A stretch of 64,000 nt of DNA, taken from positions 627,740-691,739 of the forward strand of contig OZ253938.1 in NCBI GenBank assembly GCA_965267175.1, written 5' to 3'. Both the position numbers and the translations under genes were made by a program. Positions 38,984 through 48,226 of this stretch are shown here, piece by piece; position 1 is the stretch's first letter, and each line of letters starts with the position of its first letter. A model generated the notes under the pieces. That model did not search any database, was not told where the DNA came from, and saw nothing but the letters and a program-made list of their open reading frames with translations. The DNA comes from Dehalococcoidia bacterium (GTDB lineage Bacteria > Chloroflexota > Dehalococcoidia > Lucifugimonadales > Lucifugimonadaceae).

Positions 38984-38995
38984 GAAGCAAACGCT

Positions 38996-39973
38996 CTAGC
39001 TGACCTGCATGCAGACCTTGATAACTTCGTCGGTGTAGTTGGCATACATGTCGTAGGCTTTCTGCACGTCGGCGAAGTCCATGTTGTGGGACTTCAGCTT
39101 GCCCGGGTCCACCCACCCACGGTCCTTCAGGGCGACCATCTCCCTGATCTCCTTCGTGGGTTCAGACGTTGCCGCGATCTGGGTAGGGATGATCGTGCAA
39201 GCCTTGCGCATCCACTCATGGTGGAAGAAAGACGTGCGCTCCTTCAGAGGGCCGGTGAGCGAGAAGTTGATGAACGTTCCCCAGCGCTTCACAACCTTGA
39301 TGCAGGTCTCGAAGCCAGCCGGATCGCCTGAGGCATCCACAACGATGTCCACGCCCTCGCCTCGAGTGATCTCATCGATCACCTCGTAGAGGTTTTCAGA
39401 CTCAGGGTTCACGGTGTGCGTGGCGCCAACCTCAAGTGACTTCTTCAGCCTGTAGTCAAGGCGGTCGATGCCGATTATCTGTTCCGCGCCCTGCGCCTCC
39501 GCGATCATCGTGAACGAGAGGCCGATTCCGCCCTGGCCAAGCACGGCGATCTTCTTGCCGGCCGGGTTACCCCAGTGCTTTGCCGAGAAGAGGACCGTGC
39601 CAGTGTGCTGGCACATCACCCAGTCGTCGATAGGCCCGTAGTGAGGGATGGGAATCACGCGGATCGCTTCCTGCGTGATGTACTCGGTAAGCCCGCCAGT
39701 GACGCCACGGCTTGGGATAACGATCGCCCTCTGGCCCTCTTTCACCTCCGGCATTCGGCTCTCGACAACTGTGCCCGCGATCTCGTGGCACGGCATTCCC
39801 GGAGCAAGTGGGTAGGCCTCTTCTGGAAGCTCGGCATGGTAACTACCGTGAATGTCGCTGCCACAGACCGAAACAGACTCGATCTTTATCTTTGCGAAAC
39901 CTTCCTGTGTCTCAGGTTCCGGTATGTCAATGAACTCAAATGTCTGTGGTGCGACCAGCCGCGCAGCTTTCAT
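38996..39973 (-). CDS. Zn-dependent medium-chain dehydrogenase (threonine/sorbitol DH-like)
   Basis: 325 aa with VCGSDIH, PCHEIAG and VLGQGGIGL Rossmann motifs. Confidence 0.85.
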   Translation of the reverse strand: MKAARLVAPQTFEFIDIPEPETQEGFAKIKIESVSVCGSDIHGSYHAELPEEAYPLAPGMPCHEIAGTVVESRMPEVKEGQRAIVIPSRGVTGGLTEYITQEAIRVIPIPHYGPIDDWVMCQHTGTVLFSAKHWGNPAGKKIAVLGQGGIGLSFTMIAEAQGAEQIIGIDRLDYRLKKSLEVGATHTVNPESENLYEVIDEITRGEGVDIVVDASGDPAGFETCIKVVKRWGTFINFSLTGPLKERTSFFHHEWMRKACTIIPTQIAATSEPTKEIREMVALKDRGWVDPGKLKSHNMDFADVQKAYDMYANYTDEVIKVCMQVS

Positions 39974-40209
39974 CCGGTTTCCAGCCTCCTCGATGGCGTT
40001 CTGAAATTTGGGCCGTGCGGAACTTTACACCTGCGATAGCGCAAAGTCAGCAGACAGTTGGAGCAGAGAAGGATCAGCCTGCGGACTCAGGACCACAGTG
40101 GTGCTACGATTCGGCCCGGCGAACAGCAAGACCGTGTCAGCATGCGTCCGCCACAGCCGTAACCCGCTCGTTTCACTGCCTGCGAAGCCCCATCCGAGGA
40201 GAGCCCTGA

Positions 40210-41382
40210 ATGAAGCCTGAGGTCAAGATCACGAAGCTCGAGGTCGTCACCTTCGAGTACCAGCTTGAGAACGTCGGCAAGGACTACAACACCTTCAACA
40301 TGGTGTACGAGCCGGGTGGCCGGCTGACCCAACGCGGCAGCATCCTCACGATGCACACGGACCAGGGGATAGTCGGCGAGTATCCCACAGGCGGACCAGC
40401 TCTTGCCGAGGTGGCAATGGCGGCCCAGTACCTGATCGACAAGAACGCGCTCGAACGAGAGATGATCTACAACGACACGAAACGCGGGCTCAGGCACGGG
40501 GCGATGCTTGGCGTCGGCGTGATCGACATCCTGCTGTGGGACATTGCAGGCAAGCTGTATGACGAGCCGATCTACCGCCTGCTCGGCGGCTCGAAAAAGC
40601 CCCTCCCTGCGTACGCCTCCACGCTGCATGGTGACGAGAACGGCGGTCTGACTACGCCCGAGCAATTCGCCGATTTTGCGCAGCAGTGTCTCGAAATGGG
40701 CTACCCGGCATTCAAGGTGCACGGCTGGGGACTTGCCCGGGACAACATCAAGCGCGAGATCGACAACGTGCTGAACCTTGGCAAGAAGTTTGAGAACAAG
40801 CTGCATCTGCTGATCGACCCGGCATGCGAGATCAAGAATTTTGGAGACGCGCTGGCGCTGGGCCGTGCGTGTGACGAAGCGAACTTCTTCTGGTGGGAGG
40901 ACCCGTACCAGGACGGTGGCGTTTCGCAGTTCGCCCACCGCAAGCTGCGCCAGATGGTGAAGACGCCGATTCTGCAGACCGAGCACATAAGGCTGCTCGA
41001 GCAGCACGTGGACTTTATCGTTGCCGACGGCACCGACTACGTACGCTGCGGCGCTCACGAGGACGGCGGCATCACGGGCGGAATGAAGATCGCCCATGCC
41101 TCCGAAGGCTTTGGCCTGGACATGGAGCTGCACGGTCCGAGCCCGGCGCACAGGCACATGATGTCCTCGATCCGCAATACGAACTTTTACGAGCTCGGGC
41201 TTGTCCACCCGAACGTGAAGACGACTCGGCCACCTATCTACAAGGACTACAACGACGACCTGGACGGCGTCGACAAGGACGGCAACTTCTGGGCGCCGGA
41301 CGGTCCGGGACTTGGCGTCGAGCTGGACTGGGACTGGATCAGGGCGCACCAGGTGGACTCAGGAGTGCTTGCGGAGGCGTAA
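40210..41382 (+). CDS. enolase-superfamily enzyme (mandelate racemase/muconate lactonizing family, acid-sugar dehydratase-like)
   Basis: 390 aa with an N-terminal capping domain. Barrel metal-ligand contexts LLIDPACE, FFWWEDP and LQTEH. The 420-aa antisense ORF is rejected. Confidence 0.85.
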   Translation: MKPEVKITKLEVVTFEYQLENVGKDYNTFNMVYEPGGRLTQRGSILTMHTDQGIVGEYPTGGPALAEVAMAAQYLIDKNALEREMIYNDTKRGLRHGAMLGVGVIDILLWDIAGKLYDEPIYRLLGGSKKPLPAYASTLHGDENGGLTTPEQFADFAQQCLEMGYPAFKVHGWGLARDNIKREIDNVLNLGKKFENKLHLLIDPACEIKNFGDALALGRACDEANFFWWEDPYQDGGVSQFAHRKLRQMVKTPILQTEHIRLLEQHVDFIVADGTDYVRCGAHEDGGITGGMKIAHASEGFGLDMELHGPSPAHRHMMSSIRNTNFYELGLVHPNVKTTRPPIYKDYNDDLDGVDKDGNFWAPDGPGLGVELDWDWIRAHQVDSGVLAEA

Positions 41383-41455
41383 GTCAGACGCGGGACAAAC
41401 GCTCGCTTTGTCTCGGCCCATCTGACGAGACAAAACTGCCGCGATGAACTCATCG

Positions 41456-41481
41456 GCCATCCTGAGCCCGTCGAAGGGTGG
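41456..41481 (+). repeat. 26-nt REP-like hairpin element, copy C (GCCATCCTGAGCCCGTCGAAGGGTGG)
   Basis: Third copy, located between the enolase-family gene and the TIM-barrel gene. Confidence 0.8.
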
Positions 41482-41504
41482 CAGACTTCCGCCAGACCTT
41501 GACC

Positions 41505-42335
41505 ATGAAACTCTCGCTTTCAACCCGAGTTGCTGAGGCGCCGCGCCGCAAGGATGTGGCGCTTATGCCGCTCTCGGAGATCGCCGATCTCGCTGTCAAA
41601 GCCGGTTATTCGGCGCTGTCGATGCGCGCCTCGCAGCTCGGGGTTGGAGCGAGTGCAGATGATCTCGCGGCTGGTCAAACGGTATTTGACCAGCGCGGTC
41701 TTGCCGTCTCGATGGTCACCGGTGACATCGACCTCGCGGCGAACAACAACCGGGCGCAGATGGCGCTGCAGAACATCACCCCGTACCTGGACCTGGCGAG
41801 CGCCCTTGGGTGCGCGCTGGTCAGAGTGATGATGAAGGCTGACACCGACATCCCACATGCCCGCCAGGCCGCTGATGAGGCAGCGGAGCGAGGGATCAGG
41901 CTGTCGCACCAGACACATACCTGCACCCTGTTCGAGACCGTCACCGGTGCGGTCAGGGTGCTGAAGGCGGTGAACCGGCCAAACTTCGGCGTCACGTTCG
42001 AGCCGGCGAACCTGATGCTGGCAGGCCAGCCATTCGGCAGGAAGGCAGTTCAGGCTCTCGAGCCGTGGATCTTCAACGTCTACATCCAGAACCACAGGCT
42101 CAACGAAAACGGCACCCACATCCAGGAGACATGGAGTCGCGGCCCGAGCGGATTCGATCTTGTGCCGCTTAACGCGCCGGACGGCATCGATTTTCGTGAG
42201 ACGCTCGATGCGCTGTCTGAGACTGGCTACAACGGCTACGTCACGGTGCACCAGAACGTGGCTGACGGTCTTGATATTGCCGAAGGCGTCGCCTCATTCG
42301 CCGAGTATCTGCGGTCTATCGGCGATTTCTACTAG
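41505..42335 (+). CDS. sugar phosphate isomerase/epimerase (xylose isomerase-like TIM barrel)
   Basis: Start at ATG 41505 (MKLSLSTRV...), because the ORF-track GTG at 41478 lies inside the repeat element. AP_endonuc_2-like pattern with ...VRVMM..., ...LSHQTH..., ...FEPAN... and ...VTVHQ. Confidence 0.8.
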   Translation: MKLSLSTRVAEAPRRKDVALMPLSEIADLAVKAGYSALSMRASQLGVGASADDLAAGQTVFDQRGLAVSMVTGDIDLAANNNRAQMALQNITPYLDLASALGCALVRVMMKADTDIPHARQAADEAAERGIRLSHQTHTCTLFETVTGAVRVLKAVNRPNFGVTFEPANLMLAGQPFGRKAVQALEPWIFNVYIQNHRLNENGTHIQETWSRGPSGFDLVPLNAPDGIDFRETLDALSETGYNGYVTVHQNVADGLDIAEGVASFAEYLRSIGDFY

Positions 42336-43420
42336 CTTCGGACCGTCACGTCGCCCGCGGTGCTGATGCCGTCGACGCCTTTGCTCGATTCGAACACAAC
42401 CGCCTTCACGGTCGCTTTCCGGGTCTCGCCTGCTGCAAACACCGCTGCAGTGCGCTCATCACTCCCCGGCTCTGGCACACCCGATGCAAGACTCGTGAAC
42501 GGCTCGAGGCCGACGTTGTAGGTGCGGCCATACCAGGGGTAGCCGTAGCCGCCGCCGAAGACCTGCCAGTACCAGAGGAACTTGAAGGTCTCGCGAGGCC
42601 AGACAAGCCCAATGCCGACTCGCCTGTCAGGGTTGGTCACCGCGTACCAGCCGTCTGACAGGTTCTTGAACACCATGTAGTCGGCGAGCCGGTCCGATTT
42701 CGCAGGGAACTTACGCAAGTCAACCTGCGACCCGTCCGGCGCCTCGGCCATCGGCCAGTTACCGCTCGTCCCTGCCTTGATGCGGGCGTTTCCCGCCTGT
42801 ATCTCTTCGGGTGGGGAAAAATGGTCGGACGCCGGTAGGTCGAAGATGCAGTTTTCGGTCAGGAACGGCTCGCCCAGTGCGACATGCTGCCCCCATTCGA
42901 CCTCGGCCGATTCCTCCGCCTCGTTCGTCACACTGTCTTCGACCGTCAACACCGCCGAACCGGACTCGAGCGTTATCTTCTTCTCAATCCAGAACGGCGT
43001 CCGCACCGTTCGCACCCAGAACTTCGCGCTTACACGCTCCGGAGTGTCCTCGACTATCTGCGCGTCCCACGGCATTAGTGTCGCCTCGGTGTGCTGGCCA
43101 AGATCAGCGCCTGCGTAGACCTGCGGCTGACCACCAGTCGGGGCAATCGTCTGCCATCCGCCGATGTAAGCGTCATGCCAGACACCTTCGCCCCAGCCAG
43201 TCGAAGGCACCCACTTCGTCACATCGCGGACGCTCCAAGGCGTCCGCCACATGAAATCTGTGTCAGACGGCTTGTGCACCAGCTCGAAGATGTCAGCGCC
43301 CTTGTCCGCCAGAACACTGACTCTCAGCAGCTCGTTCTCGAGGACGACCGTCTTCAGGCCTCGATAAGTCCAAGCATCGGATATGCGACAGCCGCGTGTG
43401 CGTTCGTGTTGGTAATGCAC
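42332..43420 (-). CDS. aldose 1-epimerase-like (DUF4432-type) protein
   Basis: 362 aa. Paralogue of the truncated gene at 1-761. Confidence 0.8.
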   Translation of the reverse strand: MHYQHERTRGCRISDAWTYRGLKTVVLENELLRVSVLADKGADIFELVHKPSDTDFMWRTPWSVRDVTKWVPSTGWGEGVWHDAYIGGWQTIAPTGGQPQVYAGADLGQHTEATLMPWDAQIVEDTPERVSAKFWVRTVRTPFWIEKKITLESGSAVLTVEDSVTNEAEESAEVEWGQHVALGEPFLTENCIFDLPASDHFSPPEEIQAGNARIKAGTSGNWPMAEAPDGSQVDLRKFPAKSDRLADYMVFKNLSDGWYAVTNPDRRVGIGLVWPRETFKFLWYWQVFGGGYGYPWYGRTYNVGLEPFTSLASGVPEPGSDERTAAVFAAGETRKATVKAVVFESSKGVDGISTAGDVTVRS

Positions 43421-43694
43421 TGGTTACTTGCCTCTGCGACATTAGTGACAGGCGAATTTCGTTTGAGTTCCAGTTGGAGTCCAACTGAAAAGCGCCAGTA
43501 TAAGGGGCATCTCGAAACTTACGAGTTGAGTGGATCGGATTGTTGTAATCACCCAAGAGTTGCGGTGTAAACCCGTTTCACTCAGACCCACCGATTCGTC
43601 AAACTTAAAGGTGTCTGATCTCATGGACCGAATGGCTGGCTGGGGCTCGCCTTCGCATGAGATGGAAATCTGATGTGGTCCTCGGAGGACAGCT

Positions 43695-44072
43695 TTGGCA
43701 CGTATTCTCGTGGTCGACGACAACGCCGACGTCCGACTTGCGCTTGCGACGATTCTTGAAGACGCAGGGCATGATGTGCTCGAAGCTGAAGACGGCGAGC
43801 AGGTGTTCGACCTGGTTATCTCGGAGAACCCGGAGCTGGTTCTTCTTGACGTAATGATGCCCCGTGTCAGCGGCTTCGACGCCCTGGCTACTCTGAAGGC
43901 CGACACACGCACATCCCAGGTCCCGGTCATCATGGTCACGGCCAAAGGCAGGCCGGAAGACATGGCGATGGCCCGCTCACTGGGCGCGGTCGAGTACATC
44001 ACGAAGCCCTGGGCTGAAGGTGATGTCGAATTGAGAGTAGACTGGGCCCTGGCCACCACTCAGGCCAGCTAA
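43695..44072 (+). CDS. stand-alone response regulator receiver (CheY-like)
   Basis: TTG start. ILVVDDNADV, the phospho-acceptor context LVLLDVMMP, VIMVTA and ITKPW. The 205-aa antisense ORF is rejected. Confidence 0.85.
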   Translation: MARILVVDDNADVRLALATILEDAGHDVLEAEDGEQVFDLVISENPELVLLDVMMPRVSGFDALATLKADTRTSQVPVIMVTAKGRPEDMAMARSLGAVEYITKPWAEGDVELRVDWALATTQAS

Positions 44073-44131
44073 CCAGCCCGGCCTCTCAACTGCGCTAACC
44101 AAGCTCGTACCGGCCGGTCCGAAGGTCGTGA

Positions 44132-45010
44132 ATGACCGGCGCCGCAGTTCTCCTCGTTCTGATCTCAGCGTTCGCGCACGCCTCGTGGAACCTGATGGTC
44201 AAACGCGCCGGCACTCCCGAACTCGCCAACTGGTGGATGGCGACGTCTGGCGCAGTGATCATGCTGCCGACGGCCATCGTGCTGTTCATCCTCGATGTTC
44301 CCTCCGCAACCGGCTGGGCCTTCATCGGAGGGACGATCGCCCTTCACATCCTGTACTTCTTCACTCTCGGCCGCGCCTACCGATACGGCGACCTTTCAGT
44401 CGTCTACCCGGTGGCACGCGGCCTCGGACTGACACTCATACCGATCCTTGGCGTGCTTCTACTCGAAGAGTCGGTCTCGGTACAGGCATCAATCGGCATG
44501 GCGCTGATACTGATCGGGATCATCTTTGTCGGCCTGAGCTCACGGACCGGAGATAGCGGAAACAGGAGCCGTAGAGGGATATTCACCGACAAGGGCGTCC
44601 TGTTCGCGGTGGCCACGGGCGTGATAATCGGCTCTTACTCAGTGCTCGACAAACGGGGTGTGGAGCACGTCACTCCGGTGCTCTACATGTTCTTCCTCAC
44701 TGCCGGAAGCTCGCTCGGCGCATTGGCGCTGATCCACAGAAGTTATTCGCGCGCCCAGTTCGCCGCCGAGATGCGGAACCACTGGCGGACGATCATTCTC
44801 GGGGGAATGTTGCAGTTCCTGGCGTACGCGCTGGTACTCAGCGCACTGCGGATCTCGCAGGTCAGCTATGTAGGCCCGTTCCGTGAGATCGCGATCGGCT
44901 TCGGGGTGGTGATGGGCGCGCTGATCCTGAAAGAGCACGTCACGCGAGGGCGAGCCGCCGGAGCGGCATCGGTCGCCCTGGGTGCGCTGACGATCTCCTT
45001 CGCACCTTAG
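44132..45010 (+). CDS. DMT-superfamily (EamA-like) transporter
   Basis: 292 aa with 10 hydrophobic helices arranged as two EamA-like halves. Confidence 0.8.
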   Translation: MTGAAVLLVLISAFAHASWNLMVKRAGTPELANWWMATSGAVIMLPTAIVLFILDVPSATGWAFIGGTIALHILYFFTLGRAYRYGDLSVVYPVARGLGLTLIPILGVLLLEESVSVQASIGMALILIGIIFVGLSSRTGDSGNRSRRGIFTDKGVLFAVATGVIIGSYSVLDKRGVEHVTPVLYMFFLTAGSSLGALALIHRSYSRAQFAAEMRNHWRTIILGGMLQFLAYALVLSALRISQVSYVGPFREIAIGFGVVMGALILKEHVTRGRAAGAASVALGALTISFAP

Positions 45011-45021
45011 GCGCCCGCTGC

Positions 45022-46017
45022 CTACTGCGCTTCACTGACTACAACGACGGGCCGTTCGGCTGTGCGGATTACCTTGTCCGCGACTGATCCAAGAATCATC
45101 CTCTTCAGCCCGGATGAGCCGTGAGACGCCAGCACGATGATCGAGTCTTCGTTCTCGGCTGCCGTCTTACGAATCGCATCGTCGGCATCGCCGTTGACTG
45201 TCACGACTGAGGTCTTGATCCCGTCCGGGATCTGGTCATCGCCGATTCGTTCAAGGTATGTACCGAACTCGACCCGGTGCAGTTTCGCAGTTGTCTCGCT
45301 GCCAAAGAACCCGAGGAAGCCGGAGCCATAGGCGCTCAACAGGACGATGTCTGCGTTCGCCGATTGCGCCAACTCCGTGGCGACCGGTATTGCGCGCTCG
45401 CTCTCATCTGAGCCATCGAGCGGAAGGACTATCGTTCTCACCGCGTTATCTGAGGACTCGAGGGCCTTGAGGGTGTCAGGGTGAATCGCCATCACGGGAA
45501 CACCGGAAGTGCGGACCACGCGGTCCGTCACGCTCCCGAGAACACCTCGTGAGACCGGCGTCTCCCTGTGCGTCGCCATCACGATCAGGCCCGCGTCCAA
45601 CTCTTTCGCCGCGATCCTGATCTGGGACGACGGATCACCCATCCAGACATCGGTTTCGACACTGATTCCCTGGCCTTCCAGTGTCCTCTTACGTGCGGTC
45701 AGGTAGCCGCGTGCGGTCTGGACCGCTTCGTCGATCGCGTGGCTGCCGTAACCCGGCTCCACATCTGATCGCTGTTCTGTGCTGACGGGCCGCGTCGCGC
45801 CGACGGTCGACCCGGCTGCAGTGACGACTCCCACGCTTCCACCAGAGTCGAAACGGCGTCCGGGCCCTATCGGCTCCAGCACGCTCAGCCAGTCAGGGTC
45901 GACGATCGCTAGCAGCGTGATCTTCGCTCCGGTCCGTGCCGCCAGCGACGCAGCCCAGTTCGATACTCGCTCTGCTGTGTCCGAACGGTCGAGAGGTACA
46001 AGAATGTTGTCGATCAT
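45022..46017 (-). CDS. universal stress protein, tandem Usp domains
   Basis: Start at the internal Met (MIDNILVPLDRSDTAE). Paralogue of 21200-22141. Confidence 0.85.
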   Translation of the reverse strand: MIDNILVPLDRSDTAERVSNWAASLAARTGAKITLLAIVDPDWLSVLEPIGPGRRFDSGGSVGVVTAAGSTVGATRPVSTEQRSDVEPGYGSHAIDEAVQTARGYLTARKRTLEGQGISVETDVWMGDPSSQIRIAAKELDAGLIVMATHRETPVSRGVLGSVTDRVVRTSGVPVMAIHPDTLKALESSDNAVRTIVLPLDGSDESERAIPVATELAQSANADIVLLSAYGSGFLGFFGSETTAKLHRVEFGTYLERIGDDQIPDGIKTSVVTVNGDADDAIRKTAAENEDSIIVLASHGSSGLKRMILGSVADKVIRTAERPVVVVSEAQ

Positions 46018-46181
46018 GATGTCGAGTCCTTTACCGGTGATCAGGCCGGTCACGGCGTGATTCGCCGCCACCGGGAACGCGCCATTCCCACGGATACTTT
46101 CTAAGAATCGACACGAGGATGCCGTGATCCGACACTATCAACGCATGAGCTATGCGTGAATAAGACGGCGGGCTCGCCTGA

Positions 46182-47438
46182 TCAGGCGCTTTCGTAACGG
46201 ACTCGCCGATCAAGCAACGGGAGAAGCAGGTCGAGTAGGAACAGGGCGACTGAGAGCAGGACGATCACTACGAACGCTATGCCGGTCATCATCGTGATGT
46301 CTCTCTGGTTGATCGACTGCCAGAACAGGAAGCCGACGCCCGGGTAGCTGAAGACGAGTTCGACCAGCAGCACACCGGTCAGCAGCGAACCGATGGACGC
46401 GGCGAGTCCGGTGACCTGGGGCAGGATCGCGTTCCTGAGCCCGTATCGGAAGAAGATGCGGCGAGGGTTCAGGCCTTTGGCCGCGGCGAACACCATGTAG
46501 TCCTCGCCCTGCATATTGATCATCAGTCCCCGCATCGTCACGGCCCACAGGCCGGTGGTGGCGATGATCACCGAGAGCGCCGGAAGAACCGAGTGGTAGA
46601 GCGCGCTGGCAATGAACGGGATGTTCCAGCCGGGCGATAAGTCTGGGTTGAAGTTGTCCCAACCGCCCTGCAGCGGGAATATCTGCCATTGGAATGCCAG
46701 GAACCAGATGAGGATCCAGCCAAGCAGATACAGCGGGACAGATGAGCCAGCCAGCAGAGGGATAAAGCTCCATCTGAAGATACGCGGCGCTCCAGGCCAC
46801 GCCATCAGTCCACCAGTAAAGGTCCCGACTGTGAATGCGATGACGGTCGCCACGCCCATCAGGCCAAGTGTCCAGTAGAGCGAGTGCTGGATCACGTCGA
46901 AGACTGAAACAGGGAAGAACCTGCGGGAAGCACCGAGGTCAAAACGAGCGAGCGAGGTTATGTAGCGCCTGTACTGGACGACGATCGGATCACCGAACCC
47001 GAACTGCCGCTCGAACGCAGTCCGTGTCGAACGGCGGTCGTTCTCCGAGATCAGAGACCTCAGGAGCTGTTCCTGCTCCGCCTCCAGTTCGTCGACCACT
47101 CCGTCCGCGGCGTTTGCAGTGCCAAGGCGCTCAAGCTCTTCCTGAAGCTGTTGCTGGATATCCCTTATCCGCTGGACTTCAGGCGATGGCGTGAAGAAGC
47201 CGGCGTTCGACGGGTTGATCCCGAACTGGCGAGGCACGAAGAACATGAAAGTAGCGCCGACCCAGATGATGAAGACCATGAACAGGAAGCGCTTTGCGAT
47301 GCGGTGGAACAGGACAGAGCGGATGACCATCCCGAAAAACGCAGCGTCCAGTTCCGATGCGCTGCCAGTAGCACGAACACGGACCGTGCTGGTGGGCTCG
47401 AAAAGTGAAGGCTCGTTGCCCTGAGCATTTGATCCCAC
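46182..47438 (-). CDS. ABC transporter permease (OppB/DppB-type), orphan
   Basis: Collinear with the permease at 61013-62128 (FFRYGLRNAILPQVTGLA...). It carries an insertion of about 60 aa, QQQLQEELERLG...ELEAEQEQLLRSL, in the first external loop. No partner ABC genes are adjacent. Confidence 0.8.
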   Translation of the reverse strand: MGSNAQGNEPSLFEPTSTVRVRATGSASELDAAFFGMVIRSVLFHRIAKRFLFMVFIIWVGATFMFFVPRQFGINPSNAGFFTPSPEVQRIRDIQQQLQEELERLGTANAADGVVDELEAEQEQLLRSLISENDRRSTRTAFERQFGFGDPIVVQYRRYITSLARFDLGASRRFFPVSVFDVIQHSLYWTLGLMGVATVIAFTVGTFTGGLMAWPGAPRIFRWSFIPLLAGSSVPLYLLGWILIWFLAFQWQIFPLQGGWDNFNPDLSPGWNIPFIASALYHSVLPALSVIIATTGLWAVTMRGLMINMQGEDYMVFAAAKGLNPRRIFFRYGLRNAILPQVTGLAASIGSLLTGVLLVELVFSYPGVGFLFWQSINQRDITMMTGIAFVVIVLLSVALFLLDLLLPLLDRRVRYESA

Positions 47439-47518
47439 AACTCCCGGCGAACCGGCGCGGTTCGAAGGCGGTCGACTCCAGATGCTGATGGAACTGCTCC
47501 GTTACTGGCGCTGGTTAC

Positions 47519-48226
47519 CTAAAGGAACGACTCGAACAGAAACTCGAAGAGCGCAAACGGCCAGATTGTCACGAGGAACAGCACGATCACTGCAGCGACG
47601 CTACTAGCGGCGTAAAACCGCCTCGCTCGCTCAGGACTCTCGATCGGACCGGCGAACCTGGCGATAACCCAGAAGATCGCTCCCGCGACAAGCCCGAAGA
47701 AGATACTGGGGCCCATCCATTCCGCCCAGAACAAGAAGGTGAACATGGGCGTGGAGAAAACCCAGTCACCGAGCATCTGCTGCACGGAGCCCTGGCCTGT
47801 CACGTTCGACACGCCGGTGATGCCTATGACGAACAGGTTGAGCGGTGTGAGCAGTCCCGTAATCAACGGCATGACGATGCCGTAGGCCAGTCCAACGATC
47901 ATCAGCTTCAAGAAGCTGGGCATCAACTCATCGAACTGCTTGAACACCAGGTAGATGAGGATGATGCTCAGCGGCCCGGCGAACAGCGCGGCACCGGCAA
48001 GACGGAAATAGGTCGCCCACGCCGGTCGATCCAGGATGTAGTAGTAGTCGGCGTCCTGCAGAGTGATCACTATCTGCAGATACGGGATGATCAGAGCCAT
48101 CGCCGCTGCAAGCGGCAGCAGGGCGATGACGGTGACGCGCTGGCGTCTTCCAACCTCAGCGTTAATCGTTTCGAGCGCGAGTCGCCGTTCTTCGAATCGG
48201 TCTGCGGATGCACTTGTCTCTGTCAA
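47519..48226 (-). CDS. integral membrane protein, unknown function
   Basis: 235 aa with about 6 hydrophobic helices and no recognised motif. Confidence 0.55.
   Translation of the reverse strand: MTETSASADRFEERRLALETINAEVGRRQRVTVIALLPLAAAMALIIPYLQIVITLQDADYYYILDRPAWATYFRLAGAALFAGPLSIILIYLVFKQFDELMPSFLKLMIVGLAYGIVMPLITGLLTPLNLFVIGITGVSNVTGQGSVQQMLGDWVFSTPMFTFLFWAEWMGPSIFFGLVAGAIFWVIARFAGPIESPERARRFYAASSVAAVIVLFLVTIWPFALFEFLFESFL

Noticed and set aside
40087-41349. 420-aa minus-strand ORF
   Set aside because: It lies entirely antisense to the well-supported enolase-superfamily gene. It is Arg/Val/His-rich with no motifs, a typical high-GC shadow ORF.
43442-44059. 205-aa minus-strand ORF
   Set aside because: It is antisense to a receiver domain that has all the canonical CheY motifs, and its composition is Ser/Thr/Arg-biased.
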